Positions 49,244 to 58,201 of a stretch of 64,000 bases of DNA are shown here, piece by piece; the stretch's first letter is position 1; every line of letters begins with the position of its first letter. The stretch comes from Acidobacteriota bacterium (GTDB lineage Bacteria > Acidobacteriota > Blastocatellia > RBC074), in NCBI GenBank assembly GCA_016789605.1, contig JAEUQO010000097.1, positions 776 through 64,775 of the forward strand, written 5' to 3'. The translations under genes were made by a program, and so were the position numbers. Under the pieces are notes generated by a model, which was not told the DNA's origin, did no database searches, and was given only the letters and a program-made list of their open reading frames with translations.

Positions 49244-50644
49244 ATGATCGTCATGAAATTCGGCGGCACATCCGTAGAAGACGCAACTGCCATCCGCCGC
49301 CTAGTCTCCATCGTTCGCACGCAATTGCCCCGTCAACCGATCGTAGTCGTTTCGGCGATGGGCAAAACCACCAATGGATTGTTGGAATGCGCCCGACTGG
49401 CTGCCGCCGGAGAGATGCTGACGGCGCAAACCAAACTGGACGGGATCGCCGCGCACCACTGCAAAACCGCTGAACAACTGGCGCTGCCCGGCGAGCTGAA
49501 CGAATTGATCTCGGATTTGCAGAAACGTTTTGCGGCATTGCGCGCGACGCTGGGAGAAATTCAGCGCACAGGCGCAATCACGCCGCAACTATCAGACGCG
49601 GTTTCAGCCAACGGCGAATTGCTTTCTTCGCTGGTGGTCGCGGCGGCATTTCGTGCACATGGGATCAAGGGCGTCTGGGTGGATGTGCGTCCGCTGATGC
49701 AAACCAACGATGATTTCACGCGCGCAGTCGTACAATTCGAAACGGCCAACCCGCAATTGCACGCCGGGTTTACAGCCGCGCTCGCAGATGGCGGCGTGCC
49801 TGTCACCCAGGGCTTCATCGGTTCGACGGCGGAAGGCGCCACCACCACCATCGGACGCGGCGGCTCTGACTTTTCCGCCTCGATCATCGGCGCAGCGCTC
49901 GACGCAGACGAAATTCAAATCTGGACCGACGTGGACGGCATTATGACGACCGACCCGCGCATCGTCGCGGAAGCGGCCAAAGTCAAAGTCATTTCGTTTG
50001 CCGAAGCATCGGAACTTGCCTACTTCGGCGCCAAGGTATTGCACCCTTCGACGTTGTTGCCGGCTATGGCCAAAGAAATTCCGGTGTGCGTGCGCAATTC
50101 GCGCCGCCCCGAAGTCGAAGGCACCGCCATCGTTCGCCACGCCGCGCAATCGCAAGCCCTGGTCAAAGCCATTGCCTGTAAACGCGGGTTGACCGTGATC
50201 AATGTGACGTCAGATCGTATGCTGATGGCGCACGGTTTTCTGGCGCGGCTGTTTACCGTTTTTGACAAACACGAAACGCCCGTGGATATGGTGGCGACTT
50301 CGGAAGTCAGCGTTTCGATGACCCTGGACGATACCCGCCATCTGGAAGGGCTGCTGGCCGATTTGCAGTCGTTTGGCGAAGTCACCGTCGAACGCGATCA
50401 GGCGTTGATCTGTCTGGTGGGCGAAAATCTGAAATACACGCCCGGCGTTGCGGCGCGTATCTTTTCCAGCATTGTTGACGTGAATGTTTCGATGATTTCG
50501 CACGGCGCGTCAGCAATCAACGTCAGTTTCATCGTCGCCGACGGCGTGGCAGAAAAAGCGATCAAAGCGTTGCATCGCGAATTTTTCAGCACGTTGGATG
50601 CCGCGACGTTCGAAGCTCCGGCGGTGGCGCAAGCTGTCGCATAA
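49244..50644 (+). CDS. lysC: Aspartate kinase
   Basis: MIVMKFGGTSV N-terminus and C-terminal ACT domains. The start is trimmed from the ORF-track 49178. Confidence 0.92.
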   Translation: MIVMKFGGTSVEDATAIRRLVSIVRTQLPRQPIVVVSAMGKTTNGLLECARLAAAGEMLTAQTKLDGIAAHHCKTAEQLALPGELNELISDLQKRFAALRATLGEIQRTGAITPQLSDAVSANGELLSSLVVAAAFRAHGIKGVWVDVRPLMQTNDDFTRAVVQFETANPQLHAGFTAALADGGVPVTQGFIGSTAEGATTTIGRGGSDFSASIIGAALDADEIQIWTDVDGIMTTDPRIVAEAAKVKVISFAEASELAYFGAKVLHPSTLLPAMAKEIPVCVRNSRRPEVEGTAIVRHAAQSQALVKAIACKRGLTVINVTSDRMLMAHGFLARLFTVFDKHETPVDMVATSEVSVSMTLDDTRHLEGLLADLQSFGEVTVERDQALICLVGENLKYTPGVAARIFSSIVDVNVSMISHGASAINVSFIVADGVAEKAIKALHREFFSTLDAATFEAPAVAQAVA

Positions 50645-50671
50645 CGGTTTCCAGGAACGAACTGCAATCGT

Positions 50672-51367
50672 ATGAGTTTGAACATCGCAATTGTCGGTTA
50701 CGGCAAAATGGGGCGCATGATCGAACGTCTGGCTGAAGTGCGCGGACACCGCATTGCTGCGCGCTTTGACATAGACAATAACCCCGACGGCACAGGCTTA
50801 ACCGCCGAAACACTGTCAGGCGTGGATGTCGCAATTGAGTTTTCGACGCCTGATACGGTGCTTTCCAACGTGAATCGCCTGGTTGCCTTGCGCCTGCCGG
50901 TCGTGGTGGGAACAACCGGCTGGTATCAGCAACTTGCTGCCGTCAAAGCCGAGGTTGAAAAACAGCAAGCCGCCCTGGTTTACGGCGCCAATTTTTCGCT
51001 GGGCGTGAACCTGTTTTTCCGGCTGGTACAACAAGCGGGCGCATTGTTTGCGCAATATGCCGAATACGATCCGTATTTGCTCGAAGCGCATCATCGCTTC
51101 AAAAAAGACGCGCCTTCGGGAACCGCACTCGTGTTGGCGGACCAGTTGCGCCAAAGCTACGGCGAGCGCACACCATCCGCCGCCAGCATTCGCGCGGGAC
51201 ACATTCCCGGCACACACGAAGTCGGCTTTGATTCAGAAGCCGACACTATCACGCTGACGCATACGGCGCGCAACCGCGAAGGCTTTGCCGCCGGAGCCGT
51301 CCTTGCAGCAGAAAAAATCATCGGCAAACAAGGCGTGTTTGAATTCTCGGAATTGCTATTTGCCTAA
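50672..51367 (+). CDS. dapB: 4-hydroxy-tetrahydrodipicolinate reductase
   Basis: IAIVGYGKMG NAD(P)-binding site and EAHHRFKKDAPSGTA signature. Confidence 0.9.
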   Translation: MSLNIAIVGYGKMGRMIERLAEVRGHRIAARFDIDNNPDGTGLTAETLSGVDVAIEFSTPDTVLSNVNRLVALRLPVVVGTTGWYQQLAAVKAEVEKQQAALVYGANFSLGVNLFFRLVQQAGALFAQYAEYDPYLLEAHHRFKKDAPSGTALVLADQLRQSYGERTPSAASIRAGHIPGTHEVGFDSEADTITLTHTARNREGFAAGAVLAAEKIIGKQGVFEFSELLFA

Positions 51368-51415
51368 ACGATCAGAACCTTGCGCACGAGCGCGCAAGGC
51401 TTTCAAGGAGGAGCT

Positions 51416-52330
51416 ATGGCCAATTTGAATCAGTTACAAGGTTGCGGAACGGCAATTATTACCCCGTTTCAACACGATGAATCCATTGACGAACTCGCAT
51501 TGCGCCGCTTTATTGAATTTCAAATCACCGGCGGCGTGGATTTTTTGGTTGCCTGCGGCACTACAGGCGAAAGCGTTACGCTGAGCGAAGAAGAACAAGC
51601 GCGCGTCGTGGCCTTGACGATTGAAGTCGCGAAGGGCCGCGTGCCGGTCGTCGCCGGTGCTGGCGGTTACAACACACGCGAAGTCATCGAAAAAATTCAC
51701 CGCTACGAAGCACTTGGCGCCGATGCGATTTTGTCCGTGACGCCGTATTACAACAAACCGACGCAAGAAGGTTTGTATCAACATTACCGCGCATTGGCAG
51801 AGGCGACGTCATTGCCGATCATTCTTTACAGCGTGCAGGGTCGCACAGGCGTCAACCTGGAACCCGCGACGGTTGCGCGTTTGGCCGAAATCGAAAACAT
51901 CATCGGCATCAAAGAAGCGTCAGGTAATATCACCCAAATCGGCGAAATCGCGGCATTGGTCAACAGCGATTTCAAAATCTTTGCCGGTGATGACAGCGTG
52001 GTGCTGCCCGTGGCGGCGCTCGGCGGCGTGGGTGTGATTTCAGTCGCGTCGAATTTGCTGCCGCGTCCGGTCAGCGATCTGGCCCACGCCTGTGTCGCGG
52101 GACGGTATGAAGAAGCGCGCAAATTGCACCGGCAACTGACCCCCATCTTCAAAGCCATGTTTATCGAAAGCAATCCCATCCCGGTCAAAGCCGCACTGGC
52201 AATGAGTGGATTGATCGAAGAAGTTTACCGGTTGCCGCTGGTTCCGCTAAGCGCAGCCAATCGCGTCAAGCTCGAACAAGTGTTGGCAGAAAGCGGCTTT
52301 TTGGCCAAAGCTGCCCAAGCCATCAGTTGA
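51416..52330 (+). CDS. dapA: 4-hydroxy-tetrahydrodipicolinate synthase
   Basis: Start at the ATG after AAGGAGGAG. ACGTTGES motif and YNKPTQEGLYQHY. Confidence 0.92.
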   Translation: MANLNQLQGCGTAIITPFQHDESIDELALRRFIEFQITGGVDFLVACGTTGESVTLSEEEQARVVALTIEVAKGRVPVVAGAGGYNTREVIEKIHRYEALGADAILSVTPYYNKPTQEGLYQHYRALAEATSLPIILYSVQGRTGVNLEPATVARLAEIENIIGIKEASGNITQIGEIAALVNSDFKIFAGDDSVVLPVAALGGVGVISVASNLLPRPVSDLAHACVAGRYEEARKLHRQLTPIFKAMFIESNPIPVKAALAMSGLIEEVYRLPLVPLSAANRVKLEQVLAESGFLAKAAQAIS

Positions 52331-52513
52331 AACGATTTAAGCCGACAATCAAATCCGCTTGCTAAGCAGTGGGAGGGCTGATTAACATGCGGCGCGATTG
52401 AGAGATGTCGCATATCCCCAAAATAAATTGCAGTCGTTCATCCATAACCAGATTGATTTGACACCGTCACGGAGTTGGAAGCTGGCTCTGTCAACGTCTC
52501 GACCATCGAACTT

Positions 52514-53548
52514 ATGAAACTGCCCTCCCTCTTCAACTTGATGACCGATGATCTGGCAATTGATCTCGGTACGTCGCGCACTCGTGTCTTTGCGCGTGGC
52601 CGCGGCATCGTCGTCAATGAGCCCTCACTGCTGGCCTATGACCAGCCGTCGCAAGAAGTCGTCGCCGTCGGTTTGGAAGCGCTTGAACTGGAAGGGCGCG
52701 CCTCTGGCGACATTCAGATCATTGCCCCGCTCAAAGACGGCGTGGTGGCGGATCCAACGTTTGCGGGCAAGTTGCTCGAACACTATCTGCGCAAAGCGCG
52801 CGATGGACGTTCCAGTTTGTCGCGACGCGTGCTGATCGCCATTCCTGCTGACGCCAGCACTGTCGAACATCGCGCGCTCTATTACGCCGCCAAAGAAGCC
52901 GGCGTCAGCAACGTTCATTTTGTGAACAAGGGCGTGGTCGCGATTTTGGGTTCGGGGGTTGATCCTGACGATCAGCGCGCAACGCTGGTCGTGGATGTGG
53001 GCGCAGGCACAACGACCATCTCAGCCATGGTGCATAACCATTTGATCTTTTCCCGCACCTTGCGTGTGGGCGGCAATGATATGGACGAAGGCTTGATTGA
53101 TATGATCAAGCAAAACCACAATTTGCTGGTTGGCCCGCGCACCGCCGAGCGCGTCAAAATCGAATTGGGTTGCGCCGTACCGTTGGAGCAGGAAAACACC
53201 ACCATGGTCAAAGGCCGCAGCACCATCGGCGGCAATCCTGAAATGGCCGTCGTCAACAGCATCGAAATCCACGAAGCCATCGAACCTGTCATCACGCGCA
53301 TCGTCAATGCCGTGCAAGATGCGCTCGAAGCCCTGCCGCCGGAAGCTTCTGGCGACATTTATGATCGCGGGATGATCCTGGCGGGCGGTTCGGCCTTGCT
53401 GGCCGGATTTGACGAACGGCTTTCTAAAGAAACCGAACTTTCCGTACAGTTGTCTGAAAGCCCGCAACGTGCCGTGATTCGCGGCTTGGGATTATTGTTT
53501 GAAAATCCTCTGATGTTGCGGCGCTCTATCATCCGTTCAGAATCGTAA
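52514..53548 (+). CDS. Divergent MreB/Mbl-family actin-like protein
   Basis: [13 protein letters not shown] (phosphate 1), DVGAGTTT (phosphate 2), and [15 protein letters not shown] (adenosine motif). It is colinear with E. coli MreB but with many substitutions. Confidence 0.8.
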   Translation: MKLPSLFNLMTDDLAIDLGTSRTRVFARGRGIVVNEPSLLAYDQPSQEVVAVGLEALELEGRASGDIQIIAPLKDGVVADPTFAGKLLEHYLRKARDGRSSLSRRVLIAIPADASTVEHRALYYAAKEAGVSNVHFVNKGVVAILGSGVDPDDQRATLVVDVGAGTTTISAMVHNHLIFSRTLRVGGNDMDEGLIDMIKQNHNLLVGPRTAERVKIELGCAVPLEQENTTMVKGRSTIGGNPEMAVVNSIEIHEAIEPVITRIVNAVQDALEALPPEASGDIYDRGMILAGGSALLAGFDERLSKETELSVQLSESPQRAVIRGLGLLFENPLMLRRSIIRSES

Positions 53549-53589
53549 GCTCCGCGTAACCAGCCCACTTGATCTAATGTTCAGCTAAC

Positions 53590-53617
53590 TTTGCTGGATT
53601 GACGCGTGTGCTATAAT
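53590..53617 (+). promoter_or_regulatory. Candidate extended -10 promoter
   Basis: TTTGCT, a 16-nt spacer, then TGcTATAAT. It has the same GTGCTATAAT string as the promoter candidate at 14997-15006. Confidence 0.3.
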
Positions 53618-53896
53618 CCGCCGCGTCGTTCCAGCTCTCGGCACACGGTGAGTACGGAGACGGTGCATTTTTCGGTTCGTTGATCTTTTGCCAGGAAGAG
53701 TTGGTCGGCCCAAATCAAGCAATATTTATGAGGTGCGATCTTCAGGCGATCATTCTTATCTGATCATTTCCGTTTTCTTCCTTTCAGTCAGCGCGAGCGG
53801 CGCGCGATGCCGTTTTGCGCGTCTCGCATTTCTGCCCTAATCATCTTAGCAATTTTACCAACAGGCGCGTTTTCACACGTGCACGGGTTAACTCTC

Positions 53897-53929
53897 CGCA
53901 CCGGCCTCTGGGCCGGTGCGTTGTTTTTT
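53897..53929 (+). terminator. Intrinsic terminator 13 nt upstream of the HNH gene start
   Basis: CGCACCGGCC-TCTG-GGCCGGTGCG followed by TTGTTTTTTG. Confidence 0.72.
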
Positions 53930-53942
53930 GTGAGGGGTTTCG

Positions 53943-54452
53943 ATGAATGGCAGGGTTCTTGTACTGAATTCGACTTATGAACCGGTCAATGTTTGTACGA
54001 CGCGCCGCGCCATTGTGCTCATTCTCAAGGGCATTGCGCGTACAGAAGAACGCATTGAACAGGAGTATCATTCGGCGCGCGCCCGGTTGCCGGTGCCGTC
54101 AGTGATTCGCCTGACCGAATACATTCATATTCCTTACGAACGAAAAAGCCTGTCGCGCAAAAACATCCTGCTGCGTGATCATTACACCTGCCAGTATTGC
54201 GGCAAAATCTTTTCCCCATCCGAACTCACGCTGGATCACGTGATCCCGAAATCGCGCGGCGGCAGTTCCAACTGGGACAATCTGGTCGCCTGTTGCAAAC
54301 GTTGCAACAATCGCAAAGGCCGCTATCTGCCCGAAGAAGCCGGGATGCGTTTGATCAAACGGCCACAAGCTTTTAGCTTGCATGTGAACCGCCAGATCAT
54401 GCGCTATCTGGGACGCACCGATGAAAAGTGGCGCAAATATCTGTTCTATTGA
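53943..54452 (+). CDS. HNH endonuclease (small conserved McrA-like type)
   Basis: CQYCG...[40 protein letters not shown]. Confidence 0.85.
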   Translation: MNGRVLVLNSTYEPVNVCTTRRAIVLILKGIARTEERIEQEYHSARARLPVPSVIRLTEYIHIPYERKSLSRKNILLRDHYTCQYCGKIFSPSELTLDHVIPKSRGGSSNWDNLVACCKRCNNRKGRYLPEEAGMRLIKRPQAFSLHVNRQIMRYLGRTDEKWRKYLFY

Positions 54453-54781
54453 CGAGCGAAACCTTGCAATACCTTTACCTGACGACGCGCGGCCGCAAAA
54501 CCGGTTTACCGCGCGAAATTGAAATCTGGTTCACGACACACGGCGGAAAGTATTACTTGATCGCCGAAACGCGATTGCGCGCAAACTGGGTGCAAAACAT
54601 TCTGCACGAACCTCGCCTGGCCTTCCGCGTTGGACAAGAGCAATTTCACGGCACGGGCCGCGTGCTCGACGACGCTTCTGAACCGGAACTGGCCCAAGTC
54701 ATACGTTCATTGTCAGAACAAAAATACGGCTGGAGCGATGGATTGATCGTTGAGTTACGCCCGCTACCGTCTCCCGACTAA
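54428..54781 (+). CDS. Small nitroreductase/deazaflavin-dependent (DUF385-like) split-barrel protein
   Basis: [20 protein letters not shown] and GGKYYLIA motifs. The start is uncertain (GTG 54428 or TTG 54449) and overlaps the end of the HNH gene. Confidence 0.6.
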   Translation: MAQISVLLTSETLQYLYLTTRGRKTGLPREIEIWFTTHGGKYYLIAETRLRANWVQNILHEPRLAFRVGQEQFHGTGRVLDDASEPELAQVIRSLSEQKYGWSDGLIVELRPLPSPD

Positions 54782-54898
54782 GTTACGCGACGATTGTTGA
54801 ACCAGGCCACCGCGCAAGCTACTATGCCGCTGTCGCCCCCGCACGTCATCTCAAATTCCCATCTATTTTCACGCTAAGCAGATCACTCTGGAGGATCT

Positions 54899-57526
54899 AT
54901 GTCGCATTATCTTCGTCGCGTGTGTTGGCTTTTGGCCGCCGTGCTATTAGCAACGCCACTGGCCCTGAAGCTGTCACACACAGCCGCACAACCGCAATCC
55001 GTCATGCCTGACGCAACGCGCCCGTTGCGTCTTGCCGCACACGATGATCACGAAGATCGCAAGACACAGTTAACCCGCGATCAAATCGCACGCGAAGCCT
55101 GGCTCTGGCACGCACTCAACCAACAGCAGCTAACGCAATCGCACAGCCTTGGGGCAACGGCTCTGACCAAAGAAATCCCCAACCAGGACATCAATGATAT
55201 TGCCGTGATCCAGGCAGACAATCGGCTGGTTGTGGATCCCAAAATATTCGATCTGAATGCGCGCACCGTGCAATTCACACCGTCAGGCGCGGGTTACACA
55301 ATCAGTTCGTCAGCCGCCGCGTTTGATAACAATCTGGGAACAAAACTGGATTTGACGACCGGAGCTGCCGTCAACCCCAAAGCGGGCGCAGAACCGGGAG
55401 ATGATGCGTATTTGTCACAAGACCTGGGATTCAGCTTTAGCTTCTTCGGCAACAATTTTTCCACGGTTGCCATTTCCAGCAATGGCAATTTGGCGTTTCG
55501 TCCGGCGGGCATCCCACAACAGGATTTCAATCTGGCAGCAGTCAGTTCCATCGCTTCGCTGGCAGAATTCCAAGGCGGGTTGCCGCGCATCGCCCCCTAT
55601 TGGCACGACCTGGATGCACGCGCCAGCGTGACGCAAGGAGCTAACGGCATTTACCTGCGCCGCGACAGTGACCGCGTCGTCATCACCTGGAACAACATCC
55701 GCGATTTCCCCAACGATCCAGCAGTAGATCGTGGGCTACACCGCTTTCAAGCGACGCTGTTCAATACGGGCCGCATTGTGTTGACCTATGACTTTGCGCA
55801 ACTGACCTCGCAAACGCTGGCCGGGATTTCTCCCGGTCAGACCCAAACGCTGCCGACGCTGGTGGATTTGAGCAATCCGCCCAACACAACATTTGGCAAT
55901 CCGGTGGGGGAATTTTTCTCGACCAGCATACGCGTGGATTACCTAGGCGCAATCCAGGCGTTTTATGCCACGCATCCCAATCGCGATGTTTATGACTTTG
56001 TCTATTTCATGACGGACTTTGATTTTGATTTGGGCGGCGGTGCGTTTGCGTTTTATCTGCCCATTCGCAACGACATTAGCGGTATCGGCCAGGATGTTGG
56101 CGACAATGATCCCACCGGCGCGCTCGGTTCGCGCAAAATCCAAGGCGTGCTCAACCTGAGTAACATCGCTTCGCGCGGAGGCGTGTATCCCGATTTGCCG
56201 ACCGCGCGCTTTCTGGGCGCAAACCACGCGCTTTCGATCATGGGGCAAGAGCAAGGCCATCGCTGGCTGTCGTACCTCAATTTCCCCGGCAACAATGTGC
56301 TGCTTCTCGGTCGTGATGATGCCCACTGGAGCTATTTCATGAACATCGAATCCACGACCAGCCATCCGGCAGCGCGGCGCTCTTCTTCTGCTGAAGGCAA
56401 CGTCTGGCGTGAAAATGGCGATGGCACGTTTACGTCGGTCAATTTGATTGACGGCTTTTCACGGCTGGATCATTACCTGATGGGATTGCGCCCCGCCAGC
56501 GATGTGCCCGATACGTTCGTGCTGACCAATTTAACCGGCACGGGCGGACGCACGCGCGAATCTGCGCCGCGCCCCAACTCTGTGGTGTTCGGCAGCAAGC
56601 AAACCGTCACCATCAATGACATCATTCAGGCCAACGGACAGCGCACGCCCAATGCCAGCACCGCGCAGAAAAGCTTCCGCGCTGCCGTCATTTTGCTGAC
56701 GCGCCAAGGTACACAGCCAAGCACTGCAACATTGAACAAGGTCACGCTTTATCGCCTGGCGTGGGAAAGCTATTTCGCGCAATCCACTGATTTCCTGGCC
56801 TCGATCAACACCGGCCTGGCTGATCAGACCACGTCGCGAGTCATTGCCGCCGCCTCAGCCGCGAGTTACAAACCGACGCTTGCGCCCGGTGAAATCACCG
56901 CACTTTTTGGTCAAGGCTTGGCGGGTAGCACTGTCGTTGCAACCACCCAACCGTTGCCAACAACCTTGGCCAACGTGCAAGTCCGCATAGACGGTGTGGC
57001 GGCGCCACTCTTTTTCGTTTCGCCCACGCAAATCAATTTCCAGGTTCCGCGCGGCACAGCATCTGTCACCTTGACGCCCGGTCTGGATTCGGCGACCGCC
57101 TTGGTTGAAGTCTTCCGTGATGGGCAATTGATTCGCGTTGGCGCGTTTCAAATCGCTCCGGTCGTTCCCGCAGTTTTCACGACCAATCAAAGCGGTTCAG
57201 GCGCAGCCGCAGCCATTGATGCCATCACCAATACGCCTGCGCCCTTCAATGCCAAACAAGCCAACGGGCAGCCAAACATCATCGCGGTGTTCGGTTCCGG
57301 CTTAGGTCAGGATGCGACGGACGTAGACGGCAACCTCAACGCCAATGTGCAAGCGACGATTGATGGCGTTCCCGCAACCGTTTCTTATGCTGGTCGCGCT
57401 CCGGGTTTCATCGGGTTGAATCAGTTCAACATCGTGTTCCCGGCCAATATCACATCCGGCACACATAACCTGATCGTATCGCGCGGCGGCATTCCCGGTC
57501 GCCAGGTCACTATCACCGTACGCTGA
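54899..57526 (+). CDS. Large secreted protein with two C-terminal TIGR03437-type (Solibacter C-terminal) Ig-like domains
   Basis: Signal peptide. The C-terminus has the ALFGQGLA...LPTTLANVQVRIDGVAAPLFFVSPTQINFQVP and AVFGSGLG...ATIDGVPATVSYAGRAPGFIGLNQFNIVFP repeats. Confidence 0.75.
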   Translation: MSHYLRRVCWLLAAVLLATPLALKLSHTAAQPQSVMPDATRPLRLAAHDDHEDRKTQLTRDQIAREAWLWHALNQQQLTQSHSLGATALTKEIPNQDINDIAVIQADNRLVVDPKIFDLNARTVQFTPSGAGYTISSSAAAFDNNLGTKLDLTTGAAVNPKAGAEPGDDAYLSQDLGFSFSFFGNNFSTVAISSNGNLAFRPAGIPQQDFNLAAVSSIASLAEFQGGLPRIAPYWHDLDARASVTQGANGIYLRRDSDRVVITWNNIRDFPNDPAVDRGLHRFQATLFNTGRIVLTYDFAQLTSQTLAGISPGQTQTLPTLVDLSNPPNTTFGNPVGEFFSTSIRVDYLGAIQAFYATHPNRDVYDFVYFMTDFDFDLGGGAFAFYLPIRNDISGIGQDVGDNDPTGALGSRKIQGVLNLSNIASRGGVYPDLPTARFLGANHALSIMGQEQGHRWLSYLNFPGNNVLLLGRDDAHWSYFMNIESTTSHPAARRSSSAEGNVWRENGDGTFTSVNLIDGFSRLDHYLMGLRPASDVPDTFVLTNLTGTGGRTRESAPRPNSVVFGSKQTVTINDIIQANGQRTPNASTAQKSFRAAVILLTRQGTQPSTATLNKVTLYRLAWESYFAQSTDFLASINTGLADQTTSRVIAAASAASYKPTLAPGEITALFGQGLAGSTVVATTQPLPTTLANVQVRIDGVAAPLFFVSPTQINFQVPRGTASVTLTPGLDSATALVEVFRDGQLIRVGAFQIAPVVPAVFTTNQSGSGAAAAIDAITNTPAPFNAKQANGQPNIIAVFGSGLGQDATDVDGNLNANVQATIDGVPATVSYAGRAPGFIGLNQFNIVFPANITSGTHNLIVSRGGIPGRQVTITVR

Positions 57527-57546
57527 ATTCCCTCTACAGCAGAAAC

Positions 57547-57596
57547 AAGGCGCAAGGCACGAATTCTTCATCGTGTCTTGCGCCTTACACTTTTTT
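57547..57596 (+). terminator. Intrinsic terminator
   Basis: AAGGCGCAAGGCACGA-loop-TCGTGTCTTGCGCCTT, then ACAC and a T6 run. Confidence 0.7.
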
Positions 57597-57742
57597 GGTT
57601 TGTTTCTGTCTCGCTTCCTGAAACTCCGGTTTACCTGGATCAGGCGCAAGAATTTCCAGCCAATCTACTAATTTCTTAATTGACAGTATCGAGTACCTCG
57701 GCTACCCTTCACACGAATTCTTTAATAGTTCAAAACCACTTT

Positions 57743-57752
57743 GTATGCATAC
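57743..57752. promoter_or_regulatory. Candidate BlaI-family operator
   Basis: Perfect 10-bp palindrome GTATGCATAC immediately upstream of the RBS of the repressor gene. A TTGACA-17-TACCCT promoter candidate lies at 57680-57708. Confidence 0.3.
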
Positions 57753-57769
57753 CAAAGGAGGCGATGCCA

Positions 57770-58144
57770 ATGGCACGCAGGAAGTCACCGACGCTCACAG
57801 AAGTCGAGCTGGAGCTGATGGATGTGCTTTGGGATAAGGGGCAAGCGACGGTCTCGGACATTGTCGAAGCCCTGCCCGAAGAGCGTCTGGCCTACAGCTC
57901 AGTGCTGACGATGATGCGCATCCTCGAACAAAAAGGATACGTCGAGCACGAGAAGGAGGGACGGGCGTTTGTCTATCGCCCGCTGATAGACCGACAACAA
58001 GCGCAAAAAAGCGTGATCGGTTATTTGCTCAAACGATTCTTCAACAACTCGCCCGAGCTGTTGGTCGTAAATCTGCTCGAACACGAAGACGTTGGCCCAT
58101 CCGAGGTCAAACGCCTCAAGCAAATGATCGAAGATACCGAATAG
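57770..58144 (+). CDS. BlaI/MecI/CopY-family transcriptional repressor
   Basis: LTEVELELMDVLWDKGQATVSDIVEAL winged-helix N-terminus. The start was chosen 8 nt after AAGGAGG. Confidence 0.88.
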   Translation: MARRKSPTLTEVELELMDVLWDKGQATVSDIVEALPEERLAYSSVLTMMRILEQKGYVEHEKEGRAFVYRPLIDRQQAQKSVIGYLLKRFFNNSPELLVVNLLEHEDVGPSEVKRLKQMIEDTE

Positions 58145-58201
58145 ACAAACGGTCTCCCCTCAACCCGCGCCTCCCCCAGGAGGCAGACGCAGGAGGACAA
58201 C

